A stretch of DNA of 64,000 bases from Polyangiales bacterium (GCA_038231275.1 JBBRLQ010000036.1:8301-72300); one strand, 5' to 3'. Numbered from the stretch's first letter, positions 31,323 to 41,684 are shown. Translations and numbers: made by a program. The notes: generated from the letters alone by a model not told the origin.

Positions 31323-33815
31323 GTGAATCGCGCGGTAAGTCTGTCCAAGCTGTGCACGACGTGCGGCGCACGGTACGCCGCCGATGCGCTCTTCTGTCCC
31401 AGCGATGGGACTCCGTTGAGCAGCAACGCCGCTGCTGGCGCGGCGAACGCAGGCGGTCCTGACGCGCCGGACCCGTATCTAGGTCGCGAAATTTCAGGGC
31501 ATATCGAGATTCGTCAGCTCGCCGGAGTCGGCGCGATGGGGCGCGTCTATCGCGCGTTCCAAAAAGGGATCGATCGCGACGTCGCGGTGAAGATCCTCCA
31601 TCGCGAGCTGAGCGCGAACCAGCAGCTCGTCCAGCGCTTTCATCGCGAAGCCAAAGTGGCATCGCGCCTCCAGCACCCGAACGTCGTGCAAGTGCACCTC
31701 GCCGGGCAGCTGCCCGACGGCGCCATGTACATCGTGATGGAGTACCTCGACGGATTGTCACTCCAGAGCGCGCTCGCCGCCGCCGGTGGCGCGATGCCGC
31801 TGCCGCGCGCGATGCACTCGGCCTTCCAGCTCTGCGACGCGGTCGGCGAAGCGCACGCGCAGGGCGTCGTGCACCGCGATTTGAAGCCCGAAAACGTGAT
31901 GCTCGTGCGCCGCCACGACGACGCCGACTACGTGAAGGTCCTCGACTTCGGCATCGCGCGCCTCAATTGGGGCGATCAATCGATGGCGACGGCGGCGGGC
32001 CTCATCTTCGGCACCGCGAGGTACATCTCGCCGGAGGGCGCGCAGGGCGAGCAGGTCGGTCCGGCGGGCGACGTGTACGGCATCGCGACGCTGCTCTTCC
32101 AGATGCTTGCGGGGCGAACGCCGTTCGAGGGAGACCAGGCGGTGGCGCTCCTCGTCCAACAGATCCACGACGCGCCGCCCGATCTCCGGGCGATGGCGCG
32201 CTCCGCGTACGTGCCGGAGCCGATCGCGGCGGCGATCATGAAAAACCTCGCCAAGTCTCCCGCCGCGCGTGATCCCGATGCGCGCGCGTTCGGCCGCGCG
32301 CTCATCGACGCGGCGAGGGAGAGCGGGATGTCGCCGGACGACCTGATCATGCGCTCGGGGCTCATTGGCGGGCGACAGAGCGGCGCGATGCAGCTGCCGC
32401 CGATGCAGCGCACCAAGCAGCTCGAGCTCTCCGCGGAGATGAGCGAGCGTCTCGCGCGGACGCCGGAGGCCTCGGGGAGCGCGCCTTCGCTGCCGAGGGA
32501 GCCGACGCCGACGCCGCCGCCTGCGAACCGCCCGCAGAATGGCTCGCCGTATTTTCCCGCGCCGAGCGCGCCGACGACAAAGTGGACTCCCCCGCCGGGC
32601 TTCGCTGCGCAGCTCTCGCCGCCGCGCCCGACGCTGCCGTCCGATCCCAAGGGGCCGGAAGAGACGCTGGACGACGAGTCGGCGCCGATCGTCCCCGCGC
32701 CGCCGTCGAGCGAGCCCATTCGGCCCGCGCGCCGCTCGTCGCCCGCGCCGCTCGCCGAGACCACGCCCGCGACGATGCCGCCCGACGTGCTCTACTCACC
32801 GCCGCCGCCGGCGCCGCTTCGTGCGGCTGCAGGTGCGCCGTATTATTTGCCGCCGACCGCGACCGCACCGGGCGCGACAATCTCGAAGCCTGACGCCCCG
32901 GAGCTCGACGAGGACGCGCGACGGGCTCCGCGTCGTCGCAAGTCGCGCGCGGCGGTGCTCGTGCTGTTCTGTTTCCTCCTCGGCGCGGCGCTCGCCGTCG
33001 CGTTCGGATGGCGGGCGGGCGTGATGGGACCTCGCGCCGCGGCTGGCTCCCTCGACGATCAAATCGCGCGCGCGCAAGAAGCGCTGAAGCACAAGCGATG
33101 GGACGCGCCGCCCGGCGACAACGTGAAGGACCTCACGACCGATGGCCTGTCGCGTTGGCCCGCCGACGCGCGTCTCGTCGAGGTGCGCGAGCGCGCGAGC
33201 GATGAGCTCGTCAAAGAGGCGTTGGGCCGTAAATTCTCGGGCGACTTGACGCAGGCCCTCCACCTCGCGCGCTTGGCGCTGGAGCTCGACCCCAGCGATA
33301 CGACGGCGCAGCACCTCGTGCAGGAGCTCGAGCAGGCAGTCGGACAAGCGACGAGCGCGCTCTCGACGCCGCCGCCCATCCCGCTCCGTCCGCCGTCGGC
33401 GCAGGTTCCGCCTCCGCGTCCGCCGCCTCCCGGTCCGATCGGGCCGGCCGGCGTGCGCGTCACGCTCGACGCGTCGTCGGCGAAGCCGCGCGTGGGTCAG
33501 CAGGTCGATCTCGTCGCGCGGATCGCGTCCGGCGGCGGCGCGCCGAAGAGCCTCGCCGAGGATCCGCACTTCCTCATCTCCGGCCCCGGTGGCGGCGCGA
33601 CGCGGCTCAATGCGTCCGCCGAGGGCACCGGCATCTTCCGCGCGTCGTTCAGCTTCCTCGAGGCCGGTAAATACGACATCACGTTCAACGCGAAGCTCGA
33701 CGGCAACGCGGTCCGTGCCGCCCGCGGCGTCACCGCGGGCGCTCCGGGCCCCGCACCCACGCCCTCCGGGGATCCGCCGACACCGCCGCCGACGCCGTCG
33801 GGAAAATGGCTGTAA
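31323..33815 (+). CDS. Transmembrane Ser/Thr kinase with N-terminal zinc ribbon and extracellular TPR-like and Ig-like domains
   Basis: CTTC..CPSD; GVGAMGRVY, VAVK, HRDLKPEN, DFG, SPE; TM. Confidence 0.92.
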   Translation: MNRAVSLSKLCTTCGARYAADALFCPSDGTPLSSNAAAGAANAGGPDAPDPYLGREISGHIEIRQLAGVGAMGRVYRAFQKGIDRDVAVKILHRELSANQQLVQRFHREAKVASRLQHPNVVQVHLAGQLPDGAMYIVMEYLDGLSLQSALAAAGGAMPLPRAMHSAFQLCDAVGEAHAQGVVHRDLKPENVMLVRRHDDADYVKVLDFGIARLNWGDQSMATAAGLIFGTARYISPEGAQGEQVGPAGDVYGIATLLFQMLAGRTPFEGDQAVALLVQQIHDAPPDLRAMARSAYVPEPIAAAIMKNLAKSPAARDPDARAFGRALIDAARESGMSPDDLIMRSGLIGGRQSGAMQLPPMQRTKQLELSAEMSERLARTPEASGSAPSLPREPTPTPPPANRPQNGSPYFPAPSAPTTKWTPPPGFAAQLSPPRPTLPSDPKGPEETLDDESAPIVPAPPSSEPIRPARRSSPAPLAETTPATMPPDVLYSPPPPAPLRAAAGAPYYLPPTATAPGATISKPDAPELDEDARRAPRRRKSRAAVLVLFCFLLGAALAVAFGWRAGVMGPRAAAGSLDDQIARAQEALKHKRWDAPPGDNVKDLTTDGLSRWPADARLVEVRERASDELVKEALGRKFSGDLTQALHLARLALELDPSDTTAQHLVQELEQAVGQATSALSTPPPIPLRPPSAQVPPPRPPPPGPIGPAGVRVTLDASSAKPRVGQQVDLVARIASGGGAPKSLAEDPHFLISGPGGGATRLNASAEGTGIFRASFSFLEAGKYDITFNAKLDGNAVRAARGVTAGAPGPAPTPSGDPPTPPPTPSGKWL

Positions 33816-33824
33816 GCTAGCGGC

Positions 33825-34685
33825 ATGCGGGCCGTCGTCGTCGCGTGTATTATGCACGTAAGTCTCCTCGCCGCCGGCGCCACCCGCGCGGACGAAGCGG
33901 AGCCGGCGAAGGCGGCCGAGGCAAAGGCGGCCGAGGCGAAGGCGGCTGAGGCGAAGGCAGCCGAGGCGAAGGCGGCTGAGGCGAAGGCAGCCGAGGCGAA
34001 GGCGCCGGAAGCGAAGGCGCCGGAGTCGGAGCAGCTCGCCCGCGTCCTCATCGATCGCCCGCATACGATCGCCGAGCTCGAGCTCGGCTTCATCGCGCTG
34101 CCCACCGCGCCGATCTCCAATAACCAGAAGGGCGGCAAGGTCCCCTTCCTCGGCACCGTCAGCAAAGGCGACGCGACCCTGCAGACCGGCATCCACCTCC
34201 TCTACCGCGGCCACCGCGATTGGGCGCTCGGCGCCGGCGCCCTCTTCGCGCCGAGCCCGACGTCCGACAGCAACGCCGGCGGCCTCGGACCTCTCCCGCG
34301 CACGCACTCGCGCAGCTACCTCTACCTCGGCGGCGAAGGTCGCTACGTGCCGCTGCACCTCAAGTGGCTCGAAGGATGGGTCGGCCTCACGATGGGCGGC
34401 GTCGTCATCGCCGATCGCTTCGTCACCGATATCGGCGATCCGGTCCCGCCCATCCTCGGCACCAAGCAAGTCACCGTTCGCACAGAAGGCTTCGCGCTCG
34501 GCGTGCAGGGCGGCATCAGCTGGATGTTCGCCGAGCGCTGGGTCGCCGGCGCCGCCTTCCGCGCGGACCGTTGGATCCTCCCGGACTCCCCTCAGTGCAC
34601 GCCGATCGGCGACTGCGCGACCCTCACCGGCGCGGTCGAAGCCTACGAAGCCGGCCTCACGATCGGCTACCGAATTCCGCTCTGA
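33825..34685 (+). CDS. Putative outer-membrane beta-barrel protein with N-terminal (AKAAE)n repeat
   Basis: Signal peptide ending ATRA; alternating beta strands; ends AGLTIGYRIPL. Confidence 0.7.
   Translation: MRAVVVACIMHVSLLAAGATRADEAEPAKAAEAKAAEAKAAEAKAAEAKAAEAKAAEAKAPEAKAPESEQLARVLIDRPHTIAELELGFIALPTAPISNNQKGGKVPFLGTVSKGDATLQTGIHLLYRGHRDWALGAGALFAPSPTSDSNAGGLGPLPRTHSRSYLYLGGEGRYVPLHLKWLEGWVGLTMGGVVIADRFVTDIGDPVPPILGTKQVTVRTEGFALGVQGGISWMFAERWVAGAAFRADRWILPDSPQCTPIGDCATLTGAVEAYEAGLTIGYRIPL
33906..34025 (+). repeat. 15-bp coding tandem repeat x8
   Basis: GCGAAGGCGGCCGAG-like units encoding (AKAAE)6(AKAPE)2; units 3-4 are identical to units 5-6. Confidence 0.95.
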
Positions 34686-34689
34686 CCCG

Positions 34690-36093
34690 TCAGCTGCACC
34701 CCCACGCCCGCTCGAGCTCACTCACCACTTCGCCGCTGTAGACCGCGAGCCGCTGCAAATGCGGGACGGTGTCGCGGCAGCCGGTGAAGCCGAAGTTGAG
34801 TGAGCCGGCGTAGCTCTGGAGCGTGATGTTGAGCCCGTAGCCGTGGAATGGGATCGACAGCGGATAAATCTCGTCGAGCTTCCATCCGCGGAAATACAGC
34901 GGCGTCTCCGGTCCCGGCACGTTCGACACGACCACGTTGAACGCCGGCCGCATGCGCCCCGCGACGCCCGGCACGAACGACAGCATCATCGGCGCGAGCA
35001 CGAGCGCGCTGTACTGCATGATCGCCATCTTCGACATGCCTTGCAGCATCGCCTTCGCGCGCTGCGTCGACTCGATGACGCGCGCGAGGCGCTCCTTCGG
35101 GCTCTTCACGTCGGTCGCCAGCGTCGCCAGAACGGCGCCCACCGCGTTTCCGCCGCCGGGATCGTCCTTGGGGCGAACGTTGACGGGCACCATCGCGACG
35201 AGCGACGCCTCCGGCAACGTCCCTTGCTCGGTGAGGAAGCGCCGCAGCGCGGATCCGGCGATCGCGAGCACCACGTCGTTGACGGTACCCCCCGCGGCGG
35301 TCGCGATCCGCTTCACGCGCGCGGCGTCGACCCGTTGCGTGGCGAAGCGGCGGCTCCGCGAGATGCGCTGGTTCAGCGTTGATTTAGGGGCCTTGAGCGG
35401 GTGCGCGAGCGCGTCATCGCGGCTGCGGATCGCGCGCGCGACGCTCATGATCGCTCGGCCGACGCTCTTCGCAGCGCCGACCTGCTCACGCACCGTGTGC
35501 AAGAGCGACTCGAGCGTGGGCGCCCCATGATCGCCCTCCGGCGCGCGCTTTGCGTCGTCGTGCGGCCGCGGTTCGAAGAAGAGCGGAGTGTCCTTGTCTT
35601 GCAGCGAAGACGAGAGGCTCCGCTGGAGGATGCGCATGCCGGTGTACCCGTCGATGAGCGCGTGGTGCATCTTCACGTAGAGCGCGACGCGACCTCCTTC
35701 GAGCCCCTCGATGAAGTGCGCCTCCCACGGCGGCCGATGAAAATCGAGCGGCGTGCCGTGCAGACGCGAGACCAGCACCCCCAGCTCGCGCTCGTCACCG
35801 GGCGACGCGAGCGCCGAGCGGCGTACGTGGTAGTCGATGTCGAAGCGCTCGTCGGTGACCCACGCCTGCGTCGGGCTGCCCAGAAAATCGGGGTGAAGGA
35901 GCTTCTTGTCGAACGGCGGCTCGACCTCCGTGACCGCGGCGACCTCCTCGCGGAGTCTTCCGTAGAAGCCGAGCGTCTTTCCCGGCGGCGGCGAGAACTC
36001 GAGCAGCCCGCCGACGTGCATCATCACGTCGCGGCTCTCGGCGGTGAGGAACGATCGGTCGAGCGCGCCGAGGCTCTTCTTCTTCACGGACAT
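34690..36093 (-). CDS. Wax ester synthase/diacylglycerol acyltransferase (WS/DGAT)
   Basis: HHALIDG catalytic motif; MHVGGL, RPPWE, SNVPGP. Confidence 0.95.
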   Translation of the reverse strand: MSVKKKSLGALDRSFLTAESRDVMMHVGGLLEFSPPPGKTLGFYGRLREEVAAVTEVEPPFDKKLLHPDFLGSPTQAWVTDERFDIDYHVRRSALASPGDERELGVLVSRLHGTPLDFHRPPWEAHFIEGLEGGRVALYVKMHHALIDGYTGMRILQRSLSSSLQDKDTPLFFEPRPHDDAKRAPEGDHGAPTLESLLHTVREQVGAAKSVGRAIMSVARAIRSRDDALAHPLKAPKSTLNQRISRSRRFATQRVDAARVKRIATAAGGTVNDVVLAIAGSALRRFLTEQGTLPEASLVAMVPVNVRPKDDPGGGNAVGAVLATLATDVKSPKERLARVIESTQRAKAMLQGMSKMAIMQYSALVLAPMMLSFVPGVAGRMRPAFNVVVSNVPGPETPLYFRGWKLDEIYPLSIPFHGYGLNITLQSYAGSLNFGFTGCRDTVPHLQRLAVYSGEVVSELERAWGCS

Positions 36094-36113
36094 GGGCGCC
36101 AGCGTCGCACGAA

Positions 36114-36167
36114 TCGGAGTCGGAGTCGGAGGCTCCGCGACCGCAAATCGCGACCGCGACCGCGACC
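36114..36167. repeat. Intergenic hexamer repeats
   Basis: (TCGGAG)3 followed by CGCGAC-type units. Confidence 0.6.
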
Positions 36168-36190
36168 GTCAACCGGAGTAGAGAGAGAGC

Positions 36191-37309
36191 ATGCACGCAG
36201 AGCTACATTCGCTGCCCTCGATCGCCGCGGGGACGACCCGCGAGCTCGTGAGCCTGCACTATGGAGCGCGGACGACGGACGCAAAGGCGTACCTCCAGGC
36301 GTCGCTCCACGCCGACGAGGTTCCGGCGATGCTCGTTGCTCACCACCTGCGCGCGGTGCTGGCGGCGGCCGAGGCGCGAGGCGAGATCGAGGGCGAGATC
36401 GTCCTCGTGCCCGTCGCCAACCCCATCGGCCTGGCCCAGACCGTCTTGGGGCACGCGCTGGGCCGCTTCGACCTGACGACGGGCACCAACTTCAACCGCG
36501 GATACAAGAACCTCGTGCCCGAGCTGAAGGAAGCGCTCGCGGGCAAGCTCGGGCCCTCGGCAGGGGAGAACAAGGCGACGATTCGCCGTGAGGCGGTGCG
36601 CCTCCTGTCGAGCCCCGAGCCGCGCCTCGAAGGGGACGCACTGAAGCTGCTCCTCCAGCGCCTGGCGATGGACGCCGATCTCGTGCTCGATCTGCACTGC
36701 GATCACGAGGGCCTCCCGCACCTGTATGCGGGGACGCACATGGCCGCGGAGGCGGAGCCGCTCGCGAGGCTACTCGGCGCCGGCGCGCTGCTCCTCGCGC
36801 ACGAGTCGGGGGACGATCCGTTCGACGAGTCGTGCGGCCGCCCGTGGCCGGAGCTCGCGGAGCATTTCGGCGCTGCGACCCCGGTGCCGATCGCGTGCAT
36901 GTCGGTCACGATCGAGCTGCGCGGCGAGCGTGACGTATCCCATGCGTTGGCGCGCGCGGACTCGCAGGCGATAGCCGGCTTCCTCGCGCACCGAGGGCAC
37001 CTGAAGGCGCCGCCGCCCGACTTGCCGCCGCCGCGCTGCACGGCGACGCCGCTCCAGGGAGTCGAGCGCGTCAAGGCCCCGCACCCCGGCGTGCTCGCGT
37101 GGCGATGCGAGCCCGGCACCAAGGTGCGCCCCGGCGACGAGCTCGTCGACGTGATCGAGCCGCTCGGCGGCACGATGACCACGGTGGCGGCGACGACCGC
37201 AGGCACCTTCTTCGCGCGCGCCGCACGTCGCTACGCCCACGGCGGAATGGAGGTCGCCCGGATCGCCGGCGAAAAGCCCCTTCGCACCGGCAAGCTCCTC
37301 GGCCTCTGA
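36191..37309 (+). CDS. Succinylglutamate desuccinylase/aspartoacylase (M14) family protein
   Basis: LHADE, NPIG, NFNR, DLHC, IELRG. Confidence 0.9.
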   Translation: MHAELHSLPSIAAGTTRELVSLHYGARTTDAKAYLQASLHADEVPAMLVAHHLRAVLAAAEARGEIEGEIVLVPVANPIGLAQTVLGHALGRFDLTTGTNFNRGYKNLVPELKEALAGKLGPSAGENKATIRREAVRLLSSPEPRLEGDALKLLLQRLAMDADLVLDLHCDHEGLPHLYAGTHMAAEAEPLARLLGAGALLLAHESGDDPFDESCGRPWPELAEHFGAATPVPIACMSVTIELRGERDVSHALARADSQAIAGFLAHRGHLKAPPPDLPPPRCTATPLQGVERVKAPHPGVLAWRCEPGTKVRPGDELVDVIEPLGGTMTTVAATTAGTFFARAARRYAHGGMEVARIAGEKPLRTGKLLGL

Positions 37310-38706
37310 TGATGGCAAAGCGCAAGCTGCCGAACACCTTCGTCCTCCTGTTCGCGATCCTCGCCGTCATCGCGGGGGCGACGTGGCTCATCCCGGGAGG
37401 CAAGTACGAGACGCACCTGGTGAACGGCCGCACGCTCATCGATCCGGCGAGCTTCCACGCCGTTCCGAGCAGCCCGCAAGGGCCCGTCGCGCTCTTGATG
37501 GCGCCGCTCAAGGGGTTCGTCGACGCCGCGCTCATCATCGGCTTCGTGCTCCTGCTCGGCGGCGCTTTCGGCGTCCTCTTGCGGACGCAGGCGGTCGACG
37601 CGCTCATCAAGGCCATCGCCAAGGCGCACACCGGCTCGCGCCTCGTCCGCGCCGCGCTGATCCCGGGGTTCATGACGCTCTTCTCTCTTGGTGGAGCGAC
37701 GTTCGGCATGAGCGAGGAGGCGATCCCTTTCGTGCTCATCTTCGTGCCGCTGGCGCTGGCGCTCGGCTACGACTCGATCGTCGGCGTGGCGATCCCGTTC
37801 GTCGGCTCCCAGGTAGGGTTCGCGGCGGCGTTCTTGAACCCCTTCAACGTCGGCGTCGCCCAAGGGATCGCCGGAGTGCAGGTGTTCTCGGGGATCGGCT
37901 ACCGCATGATCGTGTGGGCCGCGGCCACCGCCGTCACCATCGGCTTCATGATGATCTACGCCGCCAAGGTCAAGCGCTCGCCGGAGTCGAGCCCGACCTT
38001 CGCGCTCGATCGGCACAAGCGGCTCGAGCACGCGAACGCGCCGGGCCTCGACGACTTCCGCGGCATGACCCGCGCGCAAGGCGCCGTTCTCATTATCTTC
38101 CTTGGCGCGCTCGCGTCGATGGTGTTCGGCGTCGTCCGCTACCAGTGGTTCATCGAGGAGATCGCGGTGGTGTTCTTGGTGATGACGCTCGCCGTCGCCA
38201 AGGTCACCGGCCTCAGCGCCGACGAGCTCGTGGCCGCCTTCATCCACGGCGCGAAGGACATGGTGAGCACGGCGCTCGTGATCTCGCTGGCGCGCGGCAC
38301 CGTCATCCTGGCGCGCGACGCGCACATCATCGACACGATGCTGCACGCCCTGACGCCGCTCGTGCGAGCGTCGCATCCGGTGCTCGCCGCGCAGAAGATG
38401 CTGGTGATTCAGTCGGTGATCAACTTCTTCATCCACTCGGGCACCGGGCAGGCGGCGTTGACGATGCCCGTCATGGCGCCGTTGGCCGACCTCGTCGGCG
38501 TGTCGCGCCAGACCGCCGTCCTGGCCTTTCAGCTTGGAGAGCTCGGCATCACGATCATCCCGACCAGCGGCGTCACCATCGGCGTCCTCGCGCTCGCGGG
38601 GATTCCCTGGGCGACGTGGGCCAAGTGGATCCTGCCGCTTCAGCTCCTCTACTTCGTGCTCGCCGCGATCCTCTTGATCCCGCCACACTTCATCGACTGG
38701 CAATGA
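37309..38706 (+). CDS. YfcC-family (DcuC-like) membrane transporter
   Basis: TWLIPGGKY, GMSEE, NPFNVGVAQGIA, SGTGQA, VSRQTAVLAFQ; TGATG coupling to upstream gene. Confidence 0.9.
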   Translation: MMAKRKLPNTFVLLFAILAVIAGATWLIPGGKYETHLVNGRTLIDPASFHAVPSSPQGPVALLMAPLKGFVDAALIIGFVLLLGGAFGVLLRTQAVDALIKAIAKAHTGSRLVRAALIPGFMTLFSLGGATFGMSEEAIPFVLIFVPLALALGYDSIVGVAIPFVGSQVGFAAAFLNPFNVGVAQGIAGVQVFSGIGYRMIVWAAATAVTIGFMMIYAAKVKRSPESSPTFALDRHKRLEHANAPGLDDFRGMTRAQGAVLIIFLGALASMVFGVVRYQWFIEEIAVVFLVMTLAVAKVTGLSADELVAAFIHGAKDMVSTALVISLARGTVILARDAHIIDTMLHALTPLVRASHPVLAAQKMLVIQSVINFFIHSGTGQAALTMPVMAPLADLVGVSRQTAVLAFQLGELGITIIPTSGVTIGVLALAGIPWATWAKWILPLQLLYFVLAAILLIPPHFIDWQ

Positions 38707-38754
38707 AGCGCGACCGCGCGCTCGGGTGATGCAGCGATTCGCAGCGGCGCGATG

Positions 38755-39498
38755 CTAGGGGCTCGAGGCGATCGCCACGGCGATCACCCCCATCGCCCGA
38801 TCCAGCACCACCCCGAGCACGACGAGCACCCCGATCGCCCGCAGCGGCGCCAAGAGCGTGTGGATCTGCGCGGGCGACGCCGCGCGCGCGACCAACGCCG
38901 CCGCAATCTCGAGCACGAGCCCCGCGGCGAGGAGCGGACCTGCCACGGCGACCGCGAGCGTGATCCCCGATACGAGATCGTGCGCCGCCGAGAGGACGGG
39001 ATGCTCGGGAATCGCGCGCGTCGCCAGCGCGGTGACCACGCGCGCGGGGCCACCGGTCGAGAGGAAGATCGCGCTCGCGAGGAGCGACATCGGAACGCCC
39101 AAGGCAGACGGGCGCCCCTCCACCGCAGGGGACGACAGCGTGTCTTGCGCACCTCGCAGCGCGTCGACGGCGCCGCCTGCCATCGTCGCCGCCCACAGGG
39201 GAATCGCCGCGGCGAGCGCCACAGGAAGCCCGCGTGCGATCTCACCGAGCGCGAGAAGCGCCCACGGAGCATCGTGCGCCCGCGCGATCGGACCCAATGC
39301 CGGCAGCACACAGGCCGCGAGCGCGAGCGCCAACACCGCGCGCGCCGGCGCCGGGATCGCGCGAAGACCGAACGCGGGCACCAGCACCACCGTCGGCGTC
39401 GCCCGCGCCCACCCGAGTCCCAGCGCGGCGAGATCGATCCCCTCGCGATCGAACGCGGCGACGACTTCTCCCAAGAGCGACCCCGGCACGGCGGTCAT
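38755..39498 (-). CDS. Type III export gate subunit SctT/FliR family (divergent, orphan)
   Basis: ARATPTVVLVPAFG....PAPARAVLALAL; GEIARG; AGGAVD..RG; A.PLL....LE....LVARA.SPAQ. Confidence 0.7.
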   Translation of the reverse strand: MTAVPGSLLGEVVAAFDREGIDLAALGLGWARATPTVVLVPAFGLRAIPAPARAVLALALAACVLPALGPIARAHDAPWALLALGEIARGLPVALAAAIPLWAATMAGGAVDALRGAQDTLSSPAVEGRPSALGVPMSLLASAIFLSTGGPARVVTALATRAIPEHPVLSAAHDLVSGITLAVAVAGPLLAAGLVLEIAAALVARAASPAQIHTLLAPLRAIGVLVVLGVVLDRAMGVIAVAIASSP

Positions 39499-39537
39499 GG
39501 TTCCACAGAACGAAAAACAAACCTATTCTGCCCCGCC

Positions 39538-40389
39538 ATGGCACTCGATCTCGGCCTCGTCGGAAAATCCACGGACACTCGAACGCACGCGTACACCTGG
39601 AAGGACACGGTCCTCTACGCGCTCGGCATCGGCGCGAAGCTCGAGGAGCTGGACTACCTCTACGAAGGGCGCGGACCCAAGGTGCACCCGAGCTTCGCCG
39701 TCGTCCCGGCGTTCGCGCCGATCTTCGAGCTCCTCGCCAAGACGAACGCCGATCTCGCGATGGTCGTCCACGGAGGCCAGCGCGTCCGAATGCACGCGCC
39801 GATTCCGCCGGCCGGTACCTTCCACACGACCGCCAAGATCCGCGGCATCTACGATCTGCGCCGCCTCGCCACCGTCGTCGTCGACACCGAGACCAAGAGC
39901 GACGCCGGCGCGCTTCTCTTCGACACGTCGTGGTCGATCCTCGTCCGCGACGCGGGCGGCTTTGGCGGAGATCCGCCGCCGAAAGAGGACAAAACGATGG
40001 GCGTCGCGGTCCCGAAGGATCGCGAACCCGATTTTCGAATCGAGGAGCCGACCACGAAGGAGCAAGCGCTGCTCTATCGCCTCTCGGGGGACCTCAATCC
40101 TCTGCACGCCGATCCCGAGTTCGCGAAGCGCGTCGGCTTCGAGCAAGGGCCCATTCTCCACGGCCTATGTACGTACGGGTTCATGGTCCGTCACGTCGCG
40201 AAGGGCGCGTGCGGCGGCGACGCGTCGAAGCTTACCGCCTTCGAGGCTCAGTTCCGCAAGCCCGTGTGGCCGGGCGACACGCTCATCACCGAGGGATGGA
40301 CGCTCGCGCCGGGCAAGGTCGCCCTCTCCGTCCGCGTCAAAGAGCGCGACGAGGCGGTGGTGACGGGCGCGTGGGCGACGTTTTCCTGA
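39538..40389 (+). CDS. Double hot-dog (R)-enoyl-CoA hydratase (MaoC/MFE-2 hydratase type)
   Basis: LYALGIG, VHGGQ, YRLSGDLNPLHADP, ILHGLCTYG. Confidence 0.92.
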   Translation: MALDLGLVGKSTDTRTHAYTWKDTVLYALGIGAKLEELDYLYEGRGPKVHPSFAVVPAFAPIFELLAKTNADLAMVVHGGQRVRMHAPIPPAGTFHTTAKIRGIYDLRRLATVVVDTETKSDAGALLFDTSWSILVRDAGGFGGDPPPKEDKTMGVAVPKDREPDFRIEEPTTKEQALLYRLSGDLNPLHADPEFAKRVGFEQGPILHGLCTYGFMVRHVAKGACGGDASKLTAFEAQFRKPVWPGDTLITEGWTLAPGKVALSVRVKERDEAVVTGAWATFS

Positions 40390-40395
40390 GCCGGC

Positions 40396-41514
40396 TCAGG
40401 CTGGGCCGGGTTTCCCGCGCGGGGCTGCTGCGGAAACGGGCGCGCTCGCTGCATTCGTGATCGTCACTTGGCCAAGCTTGCCCGTCAGGTTCTTGATGTA
40501 CGTGTGGTCGATGTTGACGACGGCAGTCCGCGTATCCTGGTTCCAGTCCGGATCGTCGAACGACGAAAACGAGATCGTGTGTGGTCCCACGTCGGCGTTG
40601 TAAACCATCAGTCCGTACCCGTTGCCGCTCGTCGCGACATGGTCGAGGGTCATCTTCGCCACAGAGCTCGAGTGAATCGGGCAGTGCGTGTTGGTGATGG
40701 TCGAGTACTCGAGATGAAGGAGCGCTGCTGACCCGGGCTCGAAGAAGTCGTTCCCGCCAGGGGTGCCGTTGCCCGTGAATTTCGAATCAGCGGCCGAGAG
40801 TGTCGCGGAAGGATCGCTCATCGTGATGGCCTGCCCCGCGTAATCGAGGAACGTCGCCGTGAAGGCGCCATCGACGTTGCTCGTTCCGCCCTTCACGACC
40901 GCCGCGTGGTCTGTCTTGAACGTGCCGCCGACGTCGACGGTGAAGATGCCGCCCGTAAGCGTGCCGTAGTCGTACTCGGCGGCGAGGTCTTTTCCGTTCA
41001 CGTGGATGCCGGTCGTCGCGTTCTCGAGATCGACGCCGATCAACGTCATCGAGCCTCCGCTGGCCACGATGATGCCGCCCCAGCCGGTGCCCGTGAGCTT
41101 CGCGTGGCTCGCCTTGGCGCTCGCCGTGAGCGTGCCGTGGACCGTGATCGATACGTTCGGGGAGATCGTGACCTTTGCGCCCGGAGCGATGGTGACCGTG
41201 GCGCCCGCGACGATGTCGATGTTCGCGGTGATCGTCTTGCCGTCGGCCCATGTCTCGGTGTTGACCGGGTTGCCGCTGGAGCTGCCGCCGCTGCTGCTCG
41301 TCCCGCCGGACGTCGTGCCGCTCGTCCCGCTGGTTCCACCGGATGTCGAACCGCTCGTTCCGCTGGTTCCGCCGCTGGTTCCGCTGCTCGAATGCCCGCT
41401 GCTCGAGCCCCCAGCGCCGGGGGGACCGCCCCCGCTCGGGCCCTGAACGTCCGACGAGCATGCCACGAGCGCAAGAGTGGAGATTCCAACGGCGGCGAGG
41501 ACGCGGGTCAGCAT
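40396..41514 (-). CDS. Lipoprotein with Ser/Gly/Thr linker and beta-helix-like domain
   Basis: Lipobox LVAC; GTSGGTSG linker; GATVTIAPGA..ITVHGTL..WGGI. Confidence 0.75.
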   Translation of the reverse strand: MLTRVLAAVGISTLALVACSSDVQGPSGGGPPGAGGSSSGHSSSGTSGGTSGTSGSTSGGTSGTSGTTSGGTSSSGGSSSGNPVNTETWADGKTITANIDIVAGATVTIAPGAKVTISPNVSITVHGTLTASAKASHAKLTGTGWGGIIVASGGSMTLIGVDLENATTGIHVNGKDLAAEYDYGTLTGGIFTVDVGGTFKTDHAAVVKGGTSNVDGAFTATFLDYAGQAITMSDPSATLSAADSKFTGNGTPGGNDFFEPGSAALLHLEYSTITNTHCPIHSSSVAKMTLDHVATSGNGYGLMVYNADVGPHTISFSSFDDPDWNQDTRTAVVNIDHTYIKNLTGKLGQVTITNAASAPVSAAAPRGKPGPA

Positions 41515-41684
41515 GAGGGCTCTCCTTAGAAGGGCGCGATGAGGAAGTGCACGCGGTGTGCTGCAGGACCCGGGCCGTGCGGGCGATTCACACAGTGCCG
41601 CAAAACGATTGCGCTCTCAGCGTCCGTGAGGGAGAAAAGTGGCGCCACTGGATCCGCGACAAACCAGGGTAGGAGAATGCGTAC

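Noticed and set aside
41562..41577. Sigma54 promoter for the 41514 lipoprotein (CGGCCCG-N4-CTGCA, minus strand)
   Set aside because: GG-N10-GC spacing is right, but the match is too weak in GC-rich DNA to call
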